DNA of 64,000 bases from contig CAWJFY010000006.1 of the NCBI GenBank assembly GCA_963842295.1, positions 182,109-246,108 on the forward strand, in the 5' to 3' direction. Every line of letters starts with the position of its first letter. Within the stretch, counting starts at the first letter, position 1. A program made the position numbers and the translations under genes. The notes below the pieces were generated by a model. The model was not told the origin of the DNA. It saw nothing but the letters and a program-made list of their open reading frames with translations, and did no database searches. The stretch is from an uncultured Actinomycetota bacterium (GTDB taxonomy: Bacteria; Actinomycetota; UBA4738; HRBIN12). Below, in pieces: positions 1 to 9,285 of the stretch.

Positions 1-1048
1 CGAGCATCGCCGAGAACGCGAGATACGGGTTGCAGGCCGGGTCCGGCGAGCGGTACTCGATCCGCGTCGCGCCCTCCTTGCCCGGCTTGTACATCGGGAC
101 CCGCACGAGCGCGCTGCGGTTGCGGCGAGCCCAGCACACGTAGACGGGCGCCTCGAACCCCGGCACGAGCCGCTTGTAGGAGTTCACCCATTGGTTCGTG
201 AGGAGCGTGATCTCCTGCGCGTGTTGGAGGAGCCCCGCGATGTAGGACTTCGCGGTCTTCGAGAGGTGGTACTCGTCGGTCGCGTCGAAGAAGGCGTTGC
301 GGTCGCCCTCGAACAGAGACTGATGCGTGTGCATGCCCGAGCCGTTCACGCCCGCGACCGGTTTCGGCATGAAGGTCGCGTAGATCCCGAACTCGTGCGC
401 GACCTCCTTCACGGTCAGGCGGTACGTCATCACCTGATCGGCCATCGTGAGCGCGTCGGTGTAGCGGAGGTCGATCTCGTGCTGGGACGGCGCGACCTCG
501 TGGTGCACGTACTCGACCGGGATCCCCATCGACTCGAGGTAGTGGACGGTCCGCTTTCGGTAGTCCGTCGCGACGTCGAGCGGCGTCTCGTCGAAGTAGC
601 CGCCCTGATCCAGGAACTCGGGATCCTCGAGCGACTTGAAGTAGAAGTACTCGAGCTCCGGGCCGACGTAGAAGGTGAAGCCCTTGTCCGCGGCGCGCGC
701 GAGTTGGCGTTTGAGGACGCCGCGCGGATCGCCGGCGAACGGCGTGCCGTCGGGCTCGAGGATGTCGCAGAACATCCTCGCCACCGCGTGCTCCGTCTTC
801 CACGGGATCAGCTGGAAGGTGGACGGGTCGGGGAGTGCGACCATGTCGGATTCCTGGATGCGGGCGAATCCGTCGATCGAGGAGCCATCGAAGCCCATCC
901 CCTCGGTGAGGGCGCCCTCGAGCTCCTGCGAGGTGATCGTGAACGCCTTCAGGAACCCGAGGACATCGGTGAACCAGAGACGGACGAATCGGATCCCTCG
1001 CTCCTCGACGGTGCGCAGGACGTATTCGGCTTCCGCGGAAAGTGCCAC
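1..1048 (-). CDS. glnA: Glutamine synthetase family protein, GlnA2/GSI-alpha-like (3' end runs off the window)
   Basis: Minus-strand translation from GTG 1048: MALSAEAEYVLRTVEERGIRFVRLWFTDVLG...FDGSSI...HHEVAPSQHEIDLRY...[21 protein letters not shown]. Absent from the ORF track because it has no stop in the window. Confidence 0.93.
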   Translation of the reverse strand, partial: MALSAEAEYVLRTVEERGIRFVRLWFTDVLGFLKAFTITSQELEGALTEGMGFDGSSIDGFARIQESDMVALPDPSTFQLIPWKTEHAVARMFCDILEPDGTPFAGDPRGVLKRQLARAADKGFTFYVGPELEYFYFKSLEDPEFLDQGGYFDETPLDVATDYRKRTVHYLESMGIPVEYVHHEVAPSQHEIDLRYTDALTMADQVMTYRLTVKEVAHEFGIYATFMPKPVAGVNGSGMHTHQSLFEGDRNAFFDATDEYHLSKTAKSYIAGLLQHAQEITLLTNQWVNSYKRLVPGFEAPVYVCWARRNRSALVRVPMYKPGKEGATRIEYRSPDPACNPYLAFSAML

Positions 1049-1055
1049 GTCCTGG

Positions 1056-1098
1056 AGGCTAGAGGCTCGTTGGCTGCGGGCTGTTACGCCGGAGTTAA
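1056..1098 (-). promoter_or_regulatory. GlnR-box-like site (TTAAC-N6-GTAAC) plus -10 TAGCCT; leaderless promoter of glnA2
   Basis: Minus strand TTAAC tccggc GTAAC (1098-1083), 21 nt, TAGCCT (1061-1056), 7 nt, GTG. Same spacing as at glnA1. Confidence 0.7.
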
Positions 1099-1128
1099 TC
1101 TTCGCCTCACCAGGCGCGGGAGGTGGTC

Positions 1129-1488
1129 GTGAGCATCAGGCGGGTGGTCCCTGACATCAGCTGTGACCGACTCGAGGAGAGCCGTGGATTCTTCGTGAAC
1201 GTCCTCGGCTTCGAGGTTGCGATGGACATGGGATGGATCGTGACCCTCGTTTCACCGGAGACTCCGACGGCGCAGATCAGTCTCTTCCCGCGAGGCGACG
1301 GCTCGGAAACGGCTCCGAGCATCACCGTCGAGGTCGACGACGTCGATGCCCTCCACGAGACGGCGGTCCGGATGGGCTTGGATGTCGTGTACCCGCTGAC
1401 CGATGAGGCGTGGGGCGTCCGACGCTTCTTCGTCGCCGAACCGAGCGGCACGATCGTCAACGTGATGTCGCATAGGAACGAGGCGTGA
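1129..1488 (+). CDS. VOC/glyoxalase family protein
   Basis: FFVNVLGFEVAMDMGWIVTL...PLTDEAWGVRRFFVAEPSGTIVNV; RBS GGGAGG. Confidence 0.85.
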   Translation: MSIRRVVPDISCDRLEESRGFFVNVLGFEVAMDMGWIVTLVSPETPTAQISLFPRGDGSETAPSITVEVDDVDALHETAVRMGLDVVYPLTDEAWGVRRFFVAEPSGTIVNVMSHRNEA

Positions 1489-1877
1489 TGGAGCGGCGAA
1501 GGGTGGCCTCGGGTTCGCCTTACGAGCCGGTGATCGGGTTCTCTCGGGCGATCGTGGCCGGACACCACGTGTCGGTGTCCGGGACCGCGCCGATCATGCC
1601 CGAGGGAGCGGAGCCACCGGCAGATGCGTACGGCCAGGCGAAACGCTGCTTCGAGATCATCCTGGAGGCACTGGCCCAGGTCGGCGCCGGGCCCGAGCAC
1701 GTCGCGCGAACCCGTACGTACCTCGTTGACGCGGCGGACTGGGAGGCGGTCGGGCGGGCGCACGGCGAGGTCTTCGCCGACGTGCGCCCGGCAAGCACGA
1801 TGGTCGTGGTCACCGGGTTCCTGGATCCCCGCTGGCGCGTCGAGATCGAAGCCGACGCGATCCTCGACCGGGAGTGA
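1488..1877 (+). CDS. RidA/YjgF family protein
   Basis: SGSPYEPVIGFSRA...VSGTAP...HGEVFADVRPASTMV...VEIEADA. Confidence 0.9.
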   Translation: MERRRVASGSPYEPVIGFSRAIVAGHHVSVSGTAPIMPEGAEPPADAYGQAKRCFEIILEALAQVGAGPEHVARTRTYLVDAADWEAVGRAHGEVFADVRPASTMVVVTGFLDPRWRVEIEADAILDRE

Positions 1878-1920
1878 GGCTCGAGCCGATCGGCCCGGGT
1901 CGCGTGACTACGATGCCGGG

Positions 1921-4560
1921 GTGCTGACGCCCGAGATCCTCGGCCGGACGTTCGCGGACGCTCCGGATCCGGAGCTTGCGCGCGTGGCGTTCTCGCGCGT
2001 GGGCGAGGACGCCCACGCGCGAGAGGTCTTGGGCCGGCCGGAGGTCCTGCCGGTCGCCTCGCGGTTGCTCGGGTTCTCGACCGCGGCGAGCGACCTGCTG
2101 GTCCGCCACCCTGAGGAGATCGACGCGCTCACGGACGTCCGCGCCAGGAACGAGGGAGAGCTCGACGCGGAGCTCGCGGACGACTGCGACAGGCACGGCA
2201 CCACCGCGGGCCTCCGCCGGTTCCGAAGGCGAGCGATGCTCCGCATCGCCGCGCGTGACCTCGCCGCCGCGCCGTACGAGGGTGTGGTCGCAGAGATCAG
2301 TGACGTGGCCGACGCGTGTCTGGGGCACGCGTGTCCCGACGGCTATGCGATCGTCGCGCTCGGCAAGCTCGGTGGCCGGGAGCTCAACTACGCGAGCGAC
2401 GTCGACCTCCTTCTCCTCCACCGCGAAGACGTGGGCGGGGACGTGGCCGAGACCGAGGCCTCCAATCTGATCGCCGATCTGTCCGACCCGACCTCGGAAG
2501 GAGTCGCCCTCCGGGTCGATCTCACCCTTCGGCCGGGGGGTCGTGCCGGCTCGCTCGTGCGCACGCTGGCCGCCACGCTTGCCTACTACGAACGCGAAGC
2601 CGCCACCTGGGAACGCCAGGCGATGATCAAGGCGCGAGCCGCGGTGGGGGACCGGGGGCTCGGCGACGCCTTCGTCGAAGGTGTTGCTGAGTTCGTCTAT
2701 CCCCGGGACCTGCACGAGGCCGCGATCGACGACGTCCGGCGTTCGAAGGTTCGAATCGAGGAGTACATGCGGCGTCGCGGCAAGGAGCTCACCGAGGTGA
2801 AGCGGGGCCGCGGCGGCATCCGCGACGTCGAGTTCGCGGTGCAGCTCCTGCAGATCGTCCACGGGCGGAGGGACGAACGGCTGCGCGAGCCCAACACGCT
2901 CCGGGCGCTCGCCGCGCTCGCGGATGAGGGCTACGTGGCGTATGAGGACGCGGAGGCCCTCGCCGACGCCTACCGGTTCCTGCGGAGACTGGAGCACCGG
3001 CTGCAGATGGTGCGCGACCTCCAGACCCACGACCTCCCGGCCGACCGGCACGCGCGCACCACGGTGGCGCGGTCGCTCGGGCTCTCCGGCGCCGACGCCC
3101 TGCAAGCCGAGTACGACCGGACGACGGGGCTGGTCCGGGGGATCCACGAGCGGCTCTTCTACCGGCCGCTCCTCGAAGCGTTCGCCGGCCCGGTCCAGCC
3201 GAAGCCGGGTCACGACCGCGAAGCCACCGAGGAGCTCCTCGCCGGGCTCGGGTTCGCGCAGCCGCCGCGCGCCTTCGAGTCCCTGCAGCGACTCGTGGCG
3301 CCCTCCACGCGGATCGGCAAGGTCCTGTCGCACGTGTTCCCCGTGATGGCGCCGGCCCTGGCGCTCGCGGCCGACCCGGACGCGGCCCTCGTCCGGCTGG
3401 AGCGGATCGCCGAGGCGGTGGGGGACCGGACCGCGCCCGCCGACGCGCTCGCCGCCGATCCACAAGCGGCTCGGCGGCTCGCCCACCTCGCCGCGGCCAG
3501 CTCGTTCGCGACCGATCTGCTGGTGGCCGAGCCTGATCGGATCCTCGCGCTCTCCGGCAGCCTCTTCGGCGCGCCCGCGGTCGATTCGCAGGCCCAGCTC
3601 GTCGAAGCGGTCGCGCGGAGCGCCGGCCGGGAGCTCACGCCCCGCGAGACGGGGGAGGCGATCGCCGCGGTCGCGTACCGGGTGATCGGGGAGGCGCTCG
3701 CCGCCGCCGAGCCCGGCCTCCCGTTCGCCGTGGTCGGGATGGGCAAGCTCGGCGCCAAGGAGCTGAACGTCGCGAGCGACCTCGACCTGCTGTTCGTCTA
3801 CGAGGGCGAGGGGTCGGACGACCTCGCGCGAGCGACCTCCGCCGCCGAGCGCGTGATGCGCCACGTGCACGAGGCGGGGTGGGAGCCCGATGCCGATCTC
3901 CGGCCGGAGGGGCGAAGCGGCCCGCTGGCTCGTTCGATGGCGGGCTTCCTCGAGTACTGGGAGCGCTACGCGGATCCGTGGGAGTTCCAATCGCTGCTGC
4001 GGGCGCGTCACGTGGCCGGCGACCCGGACCTGGGCCGGCGGTTCGAGCTGAACGCCGCGGACTTCGCGTATCCGCCGGACGGGCTCACCCTCGATCGCGT
4101 GGTCGAGGTCCGCCGGATGCGGGACCGGATCGAACGCGAACGCGTGAAGCCGCCGGAGGCGTCAAGGTTCCACTTCAAGCTCGGCCGCGGGTCGCTCGCC
4201 GACGTGCAGTTCGCGGTGGAGCTGTCCCTGATGCGCTTCGGGGGAGAACATCCCGAGGTGAGGTCCCGCCGAACGCTCGAGGCGATCGAGCGGCTCGCGG
4301 CGGCGCGTCATCTGGAGGACCAGGTCGCGCGCGACCTCGCGGAGGCGTTCGTGTTCCTCTCCGAGGTGAAGAACGTGCTCGAGATGGACAGGCGTGTCCA
4401 TGCGGAGGCGGTTCCGGCGTCGCCGGGCGAGCAAACGGCGCTCGCCCGGCGCCTCGGCTTCGAGGAGTACCCACGACAGGCGTTCCTGGAGCGCTACCTA
4501 CACGTCACTCGGAGGTGTCGCCGAGCGATGGAGCGGGTATTCGCCCAGGCACTCGCCTAG
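1921..4560 (+). CDS. glnE: Glutamine synthetase adenylyltransferase/adenylyl-removing enzyme
   Basis: Two nucleotidyltransferase motifs (ALGKLGGRELNYASDVD; MGKLGAKELNVASDLD), VKRGRGGIRDVEF; GTG 1921 follows -10 TACGAT. Confidence 0.92.
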   Translation: MLTPEILGRTFADAPDPELARVAFSRVGEDAHAREVLGRPEVLPVASRLLGFSTAASDLLVRHPEEIDALTDVRARNEGELDAELADDCDRHGTTAGLRRFRRRAMLRIAARDLAAAPYEGVVAEISDVADACLGHACPDGYAIVALGKLGGRELNYASDVDLLLLHREDVGGDVAETEASNLIADLSDPTSEGVALRVDLTLRPGGRAGSLVRTLAATLAYYEREAATWERQAMIKARAAVGDRGLGDAFVEGVAEFVYPRDLHEAAIDDVRRSKVRIEEYMRRRGKELTEVKRGRGGIRDVEFAVQLLQIVHGRRDERLREPNTLRALAALADEGYVAYEDAEALADAYRFLRRLEHRLQMVRDLQTHDLPADRHARTTVARSLGLSGADALQAEYDRTTGLVRGIHERLFYRPLLEAFAGPVQPKPGHDREATEELLAGLGFAQPPRAFESLQRLVAPSTRIGKVLSHVFPVMAPALALAADPDAALVRLERIAEAVGDRTAPADALAADPQAARRLAHLAAASSFATDLLVAEPDRILALSGSLFGAPAVDSQAQLVEAVARSAGRELTPRETGEAIAAVAYRVIGEALAAAEPGLPFAVVGMGKLGAKELNVASDLDLLFVYEGEGSDDLARATSAAERVMRHVHEAGWEPDADLRPEGRSGPLARSMAGFLEYWERYADPWEFQSLLRARHVAGDPDLGRRFELNAADFAYPPDGLTLDRVVEVRRMRDRIERERVKPPEASRFHFKLGRGSLADVQFAVELSLMRFGGEHPEVRSRRTLEAIERLAAARHLEDQVARDLAEAFVFLSEVKNVLEMDRRVHAEAVPASPGEQTALARRLGFEEYPRQAFLERYLHVTRRCRRAMERVFAQALA

Positions 4561-4588
4561 GCGGATGGCTCGGCAGAGAGGAGAAGCG

Positions 4589-4948
4589 ATGCTGACGGAC
4601 TTCAAGGCGTTCATCTCGCGCGGGGACCTGGTCGAGCTGGCCGTGGCAGTGATCCTCGGTCTGGCGCTCAACACGGTGGTGCAATCGCTGGTCACCGACG
4701 TGATCACACCGCTCATCGCCGCGGTCTTCGGCCAGCCGGATTTCTCGGGCATCAAGATCGACATCGGCGATACCGCCATCAGGATCGGGAGCTTCCTGAA
4801 CGCGCTGATCTACTTCGCGCTGGTGGCGTTCGTGCTGTTCCTGATCATCAAGGCCTACAACCGTGCTCTTCCCAAGGAGGAGAAGCCAGGAGAACCGACC
4901 GAGAGAGAGCTGCTCACGCAGATCAGAGACGAGTTGCAGCGCCGCTGA
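4589..4948 (+). CDS. mscL: Large-conductance mechanosensitive channel
   Basis: FKAFISRGDLVELAVAVILG...GSFLNALIYF...ELLTQIRDEL. Confidence 0.95.
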   Translation: MLTDFKAFISRGDLVELAVAVILGLALNTVVQSLVTDVITPLIAAVFGQPDFSGIKIDIGDTAIRIGSFLNALIYFALVAFVLFLIIKAYNRALPKEEKPGEPTERELLTQIRDELQRR

Positions 4949-4997
4949 TCACTGATTCGGACTGAACTTTCGGGGGTCCGGATACCGATACAAAGGC

Positions 4998-5282
4998 ATG
5001 GAGATCCAGGCGACGTCCGACGCGTTGAAGCTGATCCGAGCGCGTGGCGGGATGCTGTTCGTCTGGATCGAGGCGGGGATGCGAGGACTGCGGTTCCTGC
5101 GGACCTCGACGGAGCCGCCACCCGACGCGTTGGACTGGGAGCGCTACGAGACCCCAGAGGGTTTCATCGTGTTCACGCCACCGCAGATGCGGAAGCCGCT
5201 GACCCTCGGTCTCGAGGTGCGGGGGTTCCTCACGAAGCTCCGCATCAACGCCCTCTGGAACGGCTGCGCCTTCGTCGTCTAG
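4998..5282 (+). CDS. Hypothetical protein (94 aa)
   Basis: Host-like codon usage; no recognised motif. Confidence 0.6.
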   Translation: MEIQATSDALKLIRARGGMLFVWIEAGMRGLRFLRTSTEPPPDALDWERYETPEGFIVFTPPQMRKPLTLGLEVRGFLTKLRINALWNGCAFVV

Positions 5283-5607
5283 GGGTTCGAGCCGGGCATC
5301 ATTCGCGCTTCGACGGACTCAAGCTGCCAGTGGCTCTCGAGTAGCACCTCGGTATCGAGCGATACCCATAGCCAGTTGGCCTCGATAAGAGCTTCGATCT
5401 GGTCTCGTGAGAGACCGCTCGGGCCTTCCAGTTTCGAGCGGATGCTGAAAACGAAGCACGCGGTCAGGTCGACTCTGTACTCCGCTCGACCTTCGCGTGT
5501 CGACACCGCGGAACGGTAGCGATCCAATCAGTGGATCGTCAGATCATTCGATCTGATCGTGACGGATCTCACAGACAACTTGAGCTGATCCCGGTTCGCT
5601 TGGGCTC

Positions 5608-6075
5608 GTGAAATCGGACAGGTCAAAGGATCTAGGTTTTCTGGCGCTGCTTGTTTCGGATGGCATGTCTATCGCCTTCCCGCCAGAGGTCTATCGAGCC
5701 CGACACAAGGCCGAGCGCGAGATGACAAGGTGGGCACAGGCTCTTGAGGCGGTAGCAACGACACCAGCCGTTACTCCCTTCTCGGGAAGGCGCGAGATCG
5801 GCGACTATTGGGTCCGCTTGGTGGATGCAGAGGGCGCGCCGTCGTCCGCATCAGCCCTATGGGTTTGCACGTTTTGGACCCCCGATGGGTATCCGGACCC
5901 TGAGGCATTGCTCGTGCAAGGAAGAGCGCGAGCCAGGGACTGGGTTCGGCAGCCACTTTCCGAGGTTCTTCCGCCAGTCAGTTGGTCGTCCGGTGAGTGG
6001 TCGGAGACTGCGACGTTCATCGACAAGGGAGAGGAGTGCACCGCTGAAGCACATCTCGCCAAGATCGTGACGTGA
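5608..6075 (+). CDS. Hypothetical protein in lower-GC islet
   Basis: 155-aa ORF converging on the GmrSD-like gene; no recognised motif. Confidence 0.45.
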   Translation: MKSDRSKDLGFLALLVSDGMSIAFPPEVYRARHKAEREMTRWAQALEAVATTPAVTPFSGRREIGDYWVRLVDAEGAPSSASALWVCTFWTPDGYPDPEALLVQGRARARDWVRQPLSEVLPPVSWSSGEWSETATFIDKGEECTAEAHLAKIVT

Positions 6076-6077
6076 GG

Positions 6078-7916
6078 CTAAGCCACCCCTACGCTCTCTG
6101 CTAAGGGCTGATCACCGAACTGAACACCCCAATACTCCTCAACCATACGAAGCATCATCAGATGCCGTTCTTCCAGGCTCGCGGAGGTCCAAGCGCGGTA
6201 GGGATGAAGTCCATACTTTTCGACCGTTCGTGTCAGCTTGGTGTTCTTTCCGCCCGAGATTTCTTCGGCAATCGTTCGTGTCAAGTCGTATGGACACTTC
6301 TTGTACCAGCCCAGCTTCGTTGGCCGAAAAGGAGCGTCCTGAGCAGATGAGTTTGGGACGCGATGTAGCAAAGCCAGATTCCCGAGTCGATGAACGTATT
6401 GCGCCGATTCCTGTGATGGGTGAAATTGGTTGATCCATTCCTGAGCAGCAGGTCCTGGCTGGTCCTCGCTCGTGCTCTGGGGGTAGATGTGCTCGATAGT
6501 CAAGTGCTCCGTAAAGTACCGATCGAATCCACCCCCCTTCCCGCATTGCTCTTCGAGATGCTGCGTCAGGGCTGCGAGCATGTATCTCTTGAGCCTGTCA
6601 GGGAGGGTGCTCGTGTCCTCAAGCTTGCTCTTGAAGAGCGGCAGCCGCTCTTTCAGCATCGGACTGATGTGATTGTTGATGAAGTCATCGACATCCTGCT
6701 TCGACCGAGCGGATCGCAGGACTTTGGTCCACGCAGGAAGAGCCTTCTCAATCTCATTCCACTGGGCGCTTGTTGCGGCGAGAACGAATACGAGTCTCTC
6801 GAGTGCCTGGCACACTTCGGCGAAGGCGTTGCCGCGCAGGTGGCGAGCCGCCAAGAGCAGACAGAGATGCTGTCGCACACCGGTTCTTTGATAGTTGATG
6901 GCCTGCAAATATGGGTTGTCGCTCCCGTCAGCGCTTCGGCCCCGGGCAAAGTTTGAATAGGCCTCGGCAGCGTCGAGAAGGTTGTCCGCGAAGGCGCCCG
7001 GGTTCTTCCCATATCCCATCCGCCGCTTGTTCGCGTCGTCGACGATCCAGTCGAAAACACTTGCAGCAGTTGGGACTCTCTCGAACTCATAGGCAGAGAT
7101 GAGGTAATAGCGGAGAAAGCGGATTGGTCGTGTCTCCTGACCGTCTCTGAGAACCCGCAGCAAGTCTCGCCACTTCGCAGCAAGCGAGTTACGGGAGGCA
7201 ACCGGTGTCTGGCGGAACAGCAGATTCTTGAGCAAGTCCATTGCATCGAGGCCAACCCCACGGTCGTTGATGGTCTCGAAGATCGTGAAGGCCGTCCTCA
7301 TGTCCTCCGTATGGATCGTGATCATCTCGACGTCCTTCCACACGAACGTAAAGAAGGCGTCCAGCCGCTCGAAGTCTTCGCCGAATTGCTCCACTAGGAA
7401 GTCGGCACACAGGGCATGTGCAGTTACGAGATTGCGTCGAGGTGATTCACCGCGAGGGAGTTGAATCTGATCACCCTGGCCGTCACCAAGAAGCTGGAGT
7501 ACCTGGGAGATCTCTGGATACTGGAGAACCACGCGGTACTGGTACGCGATGCCTCCGGCTCTTGCCTTGTACGAAGACTTGATCGCGTGGTCGTAGATAT
7601 CCAGATCGGCTTCTGAATCCAGGATCCGTAGTCGATCGCGGATGGCGCTGATCAAGATGAAGAGCGTAGTCATGCGCTGCTGACCGTCAACGAGATGGCA
7701 GATGTCGTCCTCCTCATAGAAGACGATGCTGCCGAGGAAGTAGTTGTCGGTGTCCTTGGCTGTGAACGCGGCGTAGAGATCGCTGAGGAGCTTCTTCACA
7801 TGCCGCTGTTTCCATACGTACTCGCGTTGGAACTCCGGGACTGCAAAGAAGCTCTTGAAGACTTCCTCAACGGGGTGACTGTCTGCGTCGATCCTGTTGG
7901 TTGGGCTCCCTGCCAT
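6078..7916 (-). CDS. GmrSD-type (DUF262 + DUF1524/HNH) putative modification-dependent restriction endonuclease
   Basis: VPEFQREYVW, LVDGQQRMTTL, IFETINDRG; C-terminal TIEHIYPQ...LGNLALL...NSS; RBS AAGGAG before ATG 7916. Confidence 0.88.
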   Translation of the reverse strand: MAGSPTNRIDADSHPVEEVFKSFFAVPEFQREYVWKQRHVKKLLSDLYAAFTAKDTDNYFLGSIVFYEEDDICHLVDGQQRMTTLFILISAIRDRLRILDSEADLDIYDHAIKSSYKARAGGIAYQYRVVLQYPEISQVLQLLGDGQGDQIQLPRGESPRRNLVTAHALCADFLVEQFGEDFERLDAFFTFVWKDVEMITIHTEDMRTAFTIFETINDRGVGLDAMDLLKNLLFRQTPVASRNSLAAKWRDLLRVLRDGQETRPIRFLRYYLISAYEFERVPTAASVFDWIVDDANKRRMGYGKNPGAFADNLLDAAEAYSNFARGRSADGSDNPYLQAINYQRTGVRQHLCLLLAARHLRGNAFAEVCQALERLVFVLAATSAQWNEIEKALPAWTKVLRSARSKQDVDDFINNHISPMLKERLPLFKSKLEDTSTLPDRLKRYMLAALTQHLEEQCGKGGGFDRYFTEHLTIEHIYPQSTSEDQPGPAAQEWINQFHPSQESAQYVHRLGNLALLHRVPNSSAQDAPFRPTKLGWYKKCPYDLTRTIAEEISGGKNTKLTRTVEKYGLHPYRAWTSASLEERHLMMLRMVEEYWGVQFGDQPLAESVGVA

Positions 7917-8005
7917 GGATACTCCTTGGTATAGGGCTACTGACAGTAACCGGTCGGCTGACGAGGCTTCAATGCTGTTCAATGCTCGATCAGGGGGTGG
8001 CGACC

Positions 8006-8428
8006 GTGAATGAGTGGACGGATGTGGTCGGACTCCTAGATCTCGTGGACCGAAGGTCAGTTCGGGTCGTGATCGACGGTCAAGCTGTGCTTGTGCTCAA
8101 GGCCGACGATCAGGTGTTCGCGATCGGGAACCAATGCACGCATCAAGGTGCCGGGCTCGACAAAGGCGTCATCAGGATCGCGGGCTCGGTGCGGACCGTG
8201 ACGTGCCCGGCCCACGGGAGCATCTTCAGACTCGACGACGGCAGAGTCATGCGGCCGCCGGCCACGAAGCCTGTGCCGGTGTATGACGTGAAGGTCGAGG
8301 ATGACCGAGTCTGGGTTCGTTCTCCGAGGGCCCGACTAGCTAGCGGCTCTGAAGCGCTCGTATCGTTCCTCGAGGAGGTCCTCCCTAGGCCAAGCACGGC
8401 GAGCTTCCGGAAGTGCGAGCTTGTTTGA
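8006..8428 (+). CDS. Rieske [2Fe-2S] ferredoxin
   Basis: NQCTHQGA...VTCPAHGSIF; ORF runs 93 nt into the convergent HNH gene. Confidence 0.85.
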   Translation: MNEWTDVVGLLDLVDRRSVRVVIDGQAVLVLKADDQVFAIGNQCTHQGAGLDKGVIRIAGSVRTVTCPAHGSIFRLDDGRVMRPPATKPVPVYDVKVEDDRVWVRSPRARLASGSEALVSFLEEVLPRPSTASFRKCELV

Positions 8429-9253
8429 GTGGATGCCTTGGATGGCGTGCATGAGCGTTGGGCCGTCCTTCTCATCCAGGACGTCTCTTCGAATCTCGAT
8501 GACGTAGTCCGGGCGAATCCCTAGGACGGCGTTGTCGAAGGCTTTGTGGTGGATCGCGCACATCGCCACGCCGTTCGGGACGATGGGTTCGCCGCCATCT
8601 GAGTCCTCCCGAATGTGTGCAGCCTCCAAGAGTTCGGCATGCCGCAGACGGCAGAGTGCGCATTGTCGTGCGTATGCCTCAAGAACGCGCTGGCGAAACA
8701 AGGGTTGATGCACTCGTTGCCTAACAATCGCTTCGACGTATCGGCGTTGGAGGACGGCGTCCTCTGGGTGCACGAAGTCATAGCTCCACGGCAGCCGCAA
8801 GTCAGTGTCGACTGCAACCACAAACTGATGTTCGTCTGGTTCTTCGCCCGAGATCCAAACCGGATTTACCGATTGAAACACGCCCGGTCGAAGTGCGATG
8901 AACCAGATCAGGGGCTTCCCGAGTTGCATCGCGCGACGCAGCGCCTTGTTGTCGTATGCCTCAGGGTCGGTGCCTCTCCATTTGTAGCGCGGCAGACCGT
9001 CGGGCCCGAAGTCATCCGCGTAGGGGCGATCCTCCGGCTTCAGGCGATACGTGGTTCGAATCGTTAACGCGGCATCGAGTCCTGCAACTACACGAATGCC
9101 TCGCATGTGCTGGAGAAGGGAGATTCGCTGTCCTTCGAACTCAAACTGGTCCAGCTCGCGTTGCGAAACGAACCCGCCATTGCGGGTATCCAACTCACTG
9201 ACGTAGGTAATCGCAGAGGCCCGGAGGCGATCGTCGAAGGAGTCCCCTTGCAC
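8336..9253 (-). CDS. HNH endonuclease with SRA/PUA-like N-terminal domain (putative type IV restriction enzyme)
   Basis: FRQRVLEAYARQCALC...LEAAHI...NGVAMCAIHHKAFD; N-terminal YADD...YKWRGTDP...DNKALRRAM...PLIWF. Confidence 0.82.
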   Translation of the reverse strand: MQGDSFDDRLRASAITYVSELDTRNGGFVSQRELDQFEFEGQRISLLQHMRGIRVVAGLDAALTIRTTYRLKPEDRPYADDFGPDGLPRYKWRGTDPEAYDNKALRRAMQLGKPLIWFIALRPGVFQSVNPVWISGEEPDEHQFVVAVDTDLRLPWSYDFVHPEDAVLQRRYVEAIVRQRVHQPLFRQRVLEAYARQCALCRLRHAELLEAAHIREDSDGGEPIVPNGVAMCAIHHKAFDNAVLGIRPDYVIEIRRDVLDEKDGPTLMHAIQGIHSNKLALPEARRAWPREDLLEERYERFRAAS

Positions 9254-9285
9254 GAACGGAGTATGCCCCGTCCCCTACGAGGGAG

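Noticed and set aside
191-1132. 313-aa + strand ORF and similar long ORFs (1810..4011, 15888..17363, 21010..23406, 33431..36058)
   Set aside because: Antisense or shifted-frame shadows of real genes, expected at high GC.
5279-5527. 82-aa ORF and GGTTCGAGCC T-loop-like motif as an att site
   Set aside because: No cloverleaf, no matching repeat at the other islet end, no integrase; the ORF has no supporting motif.
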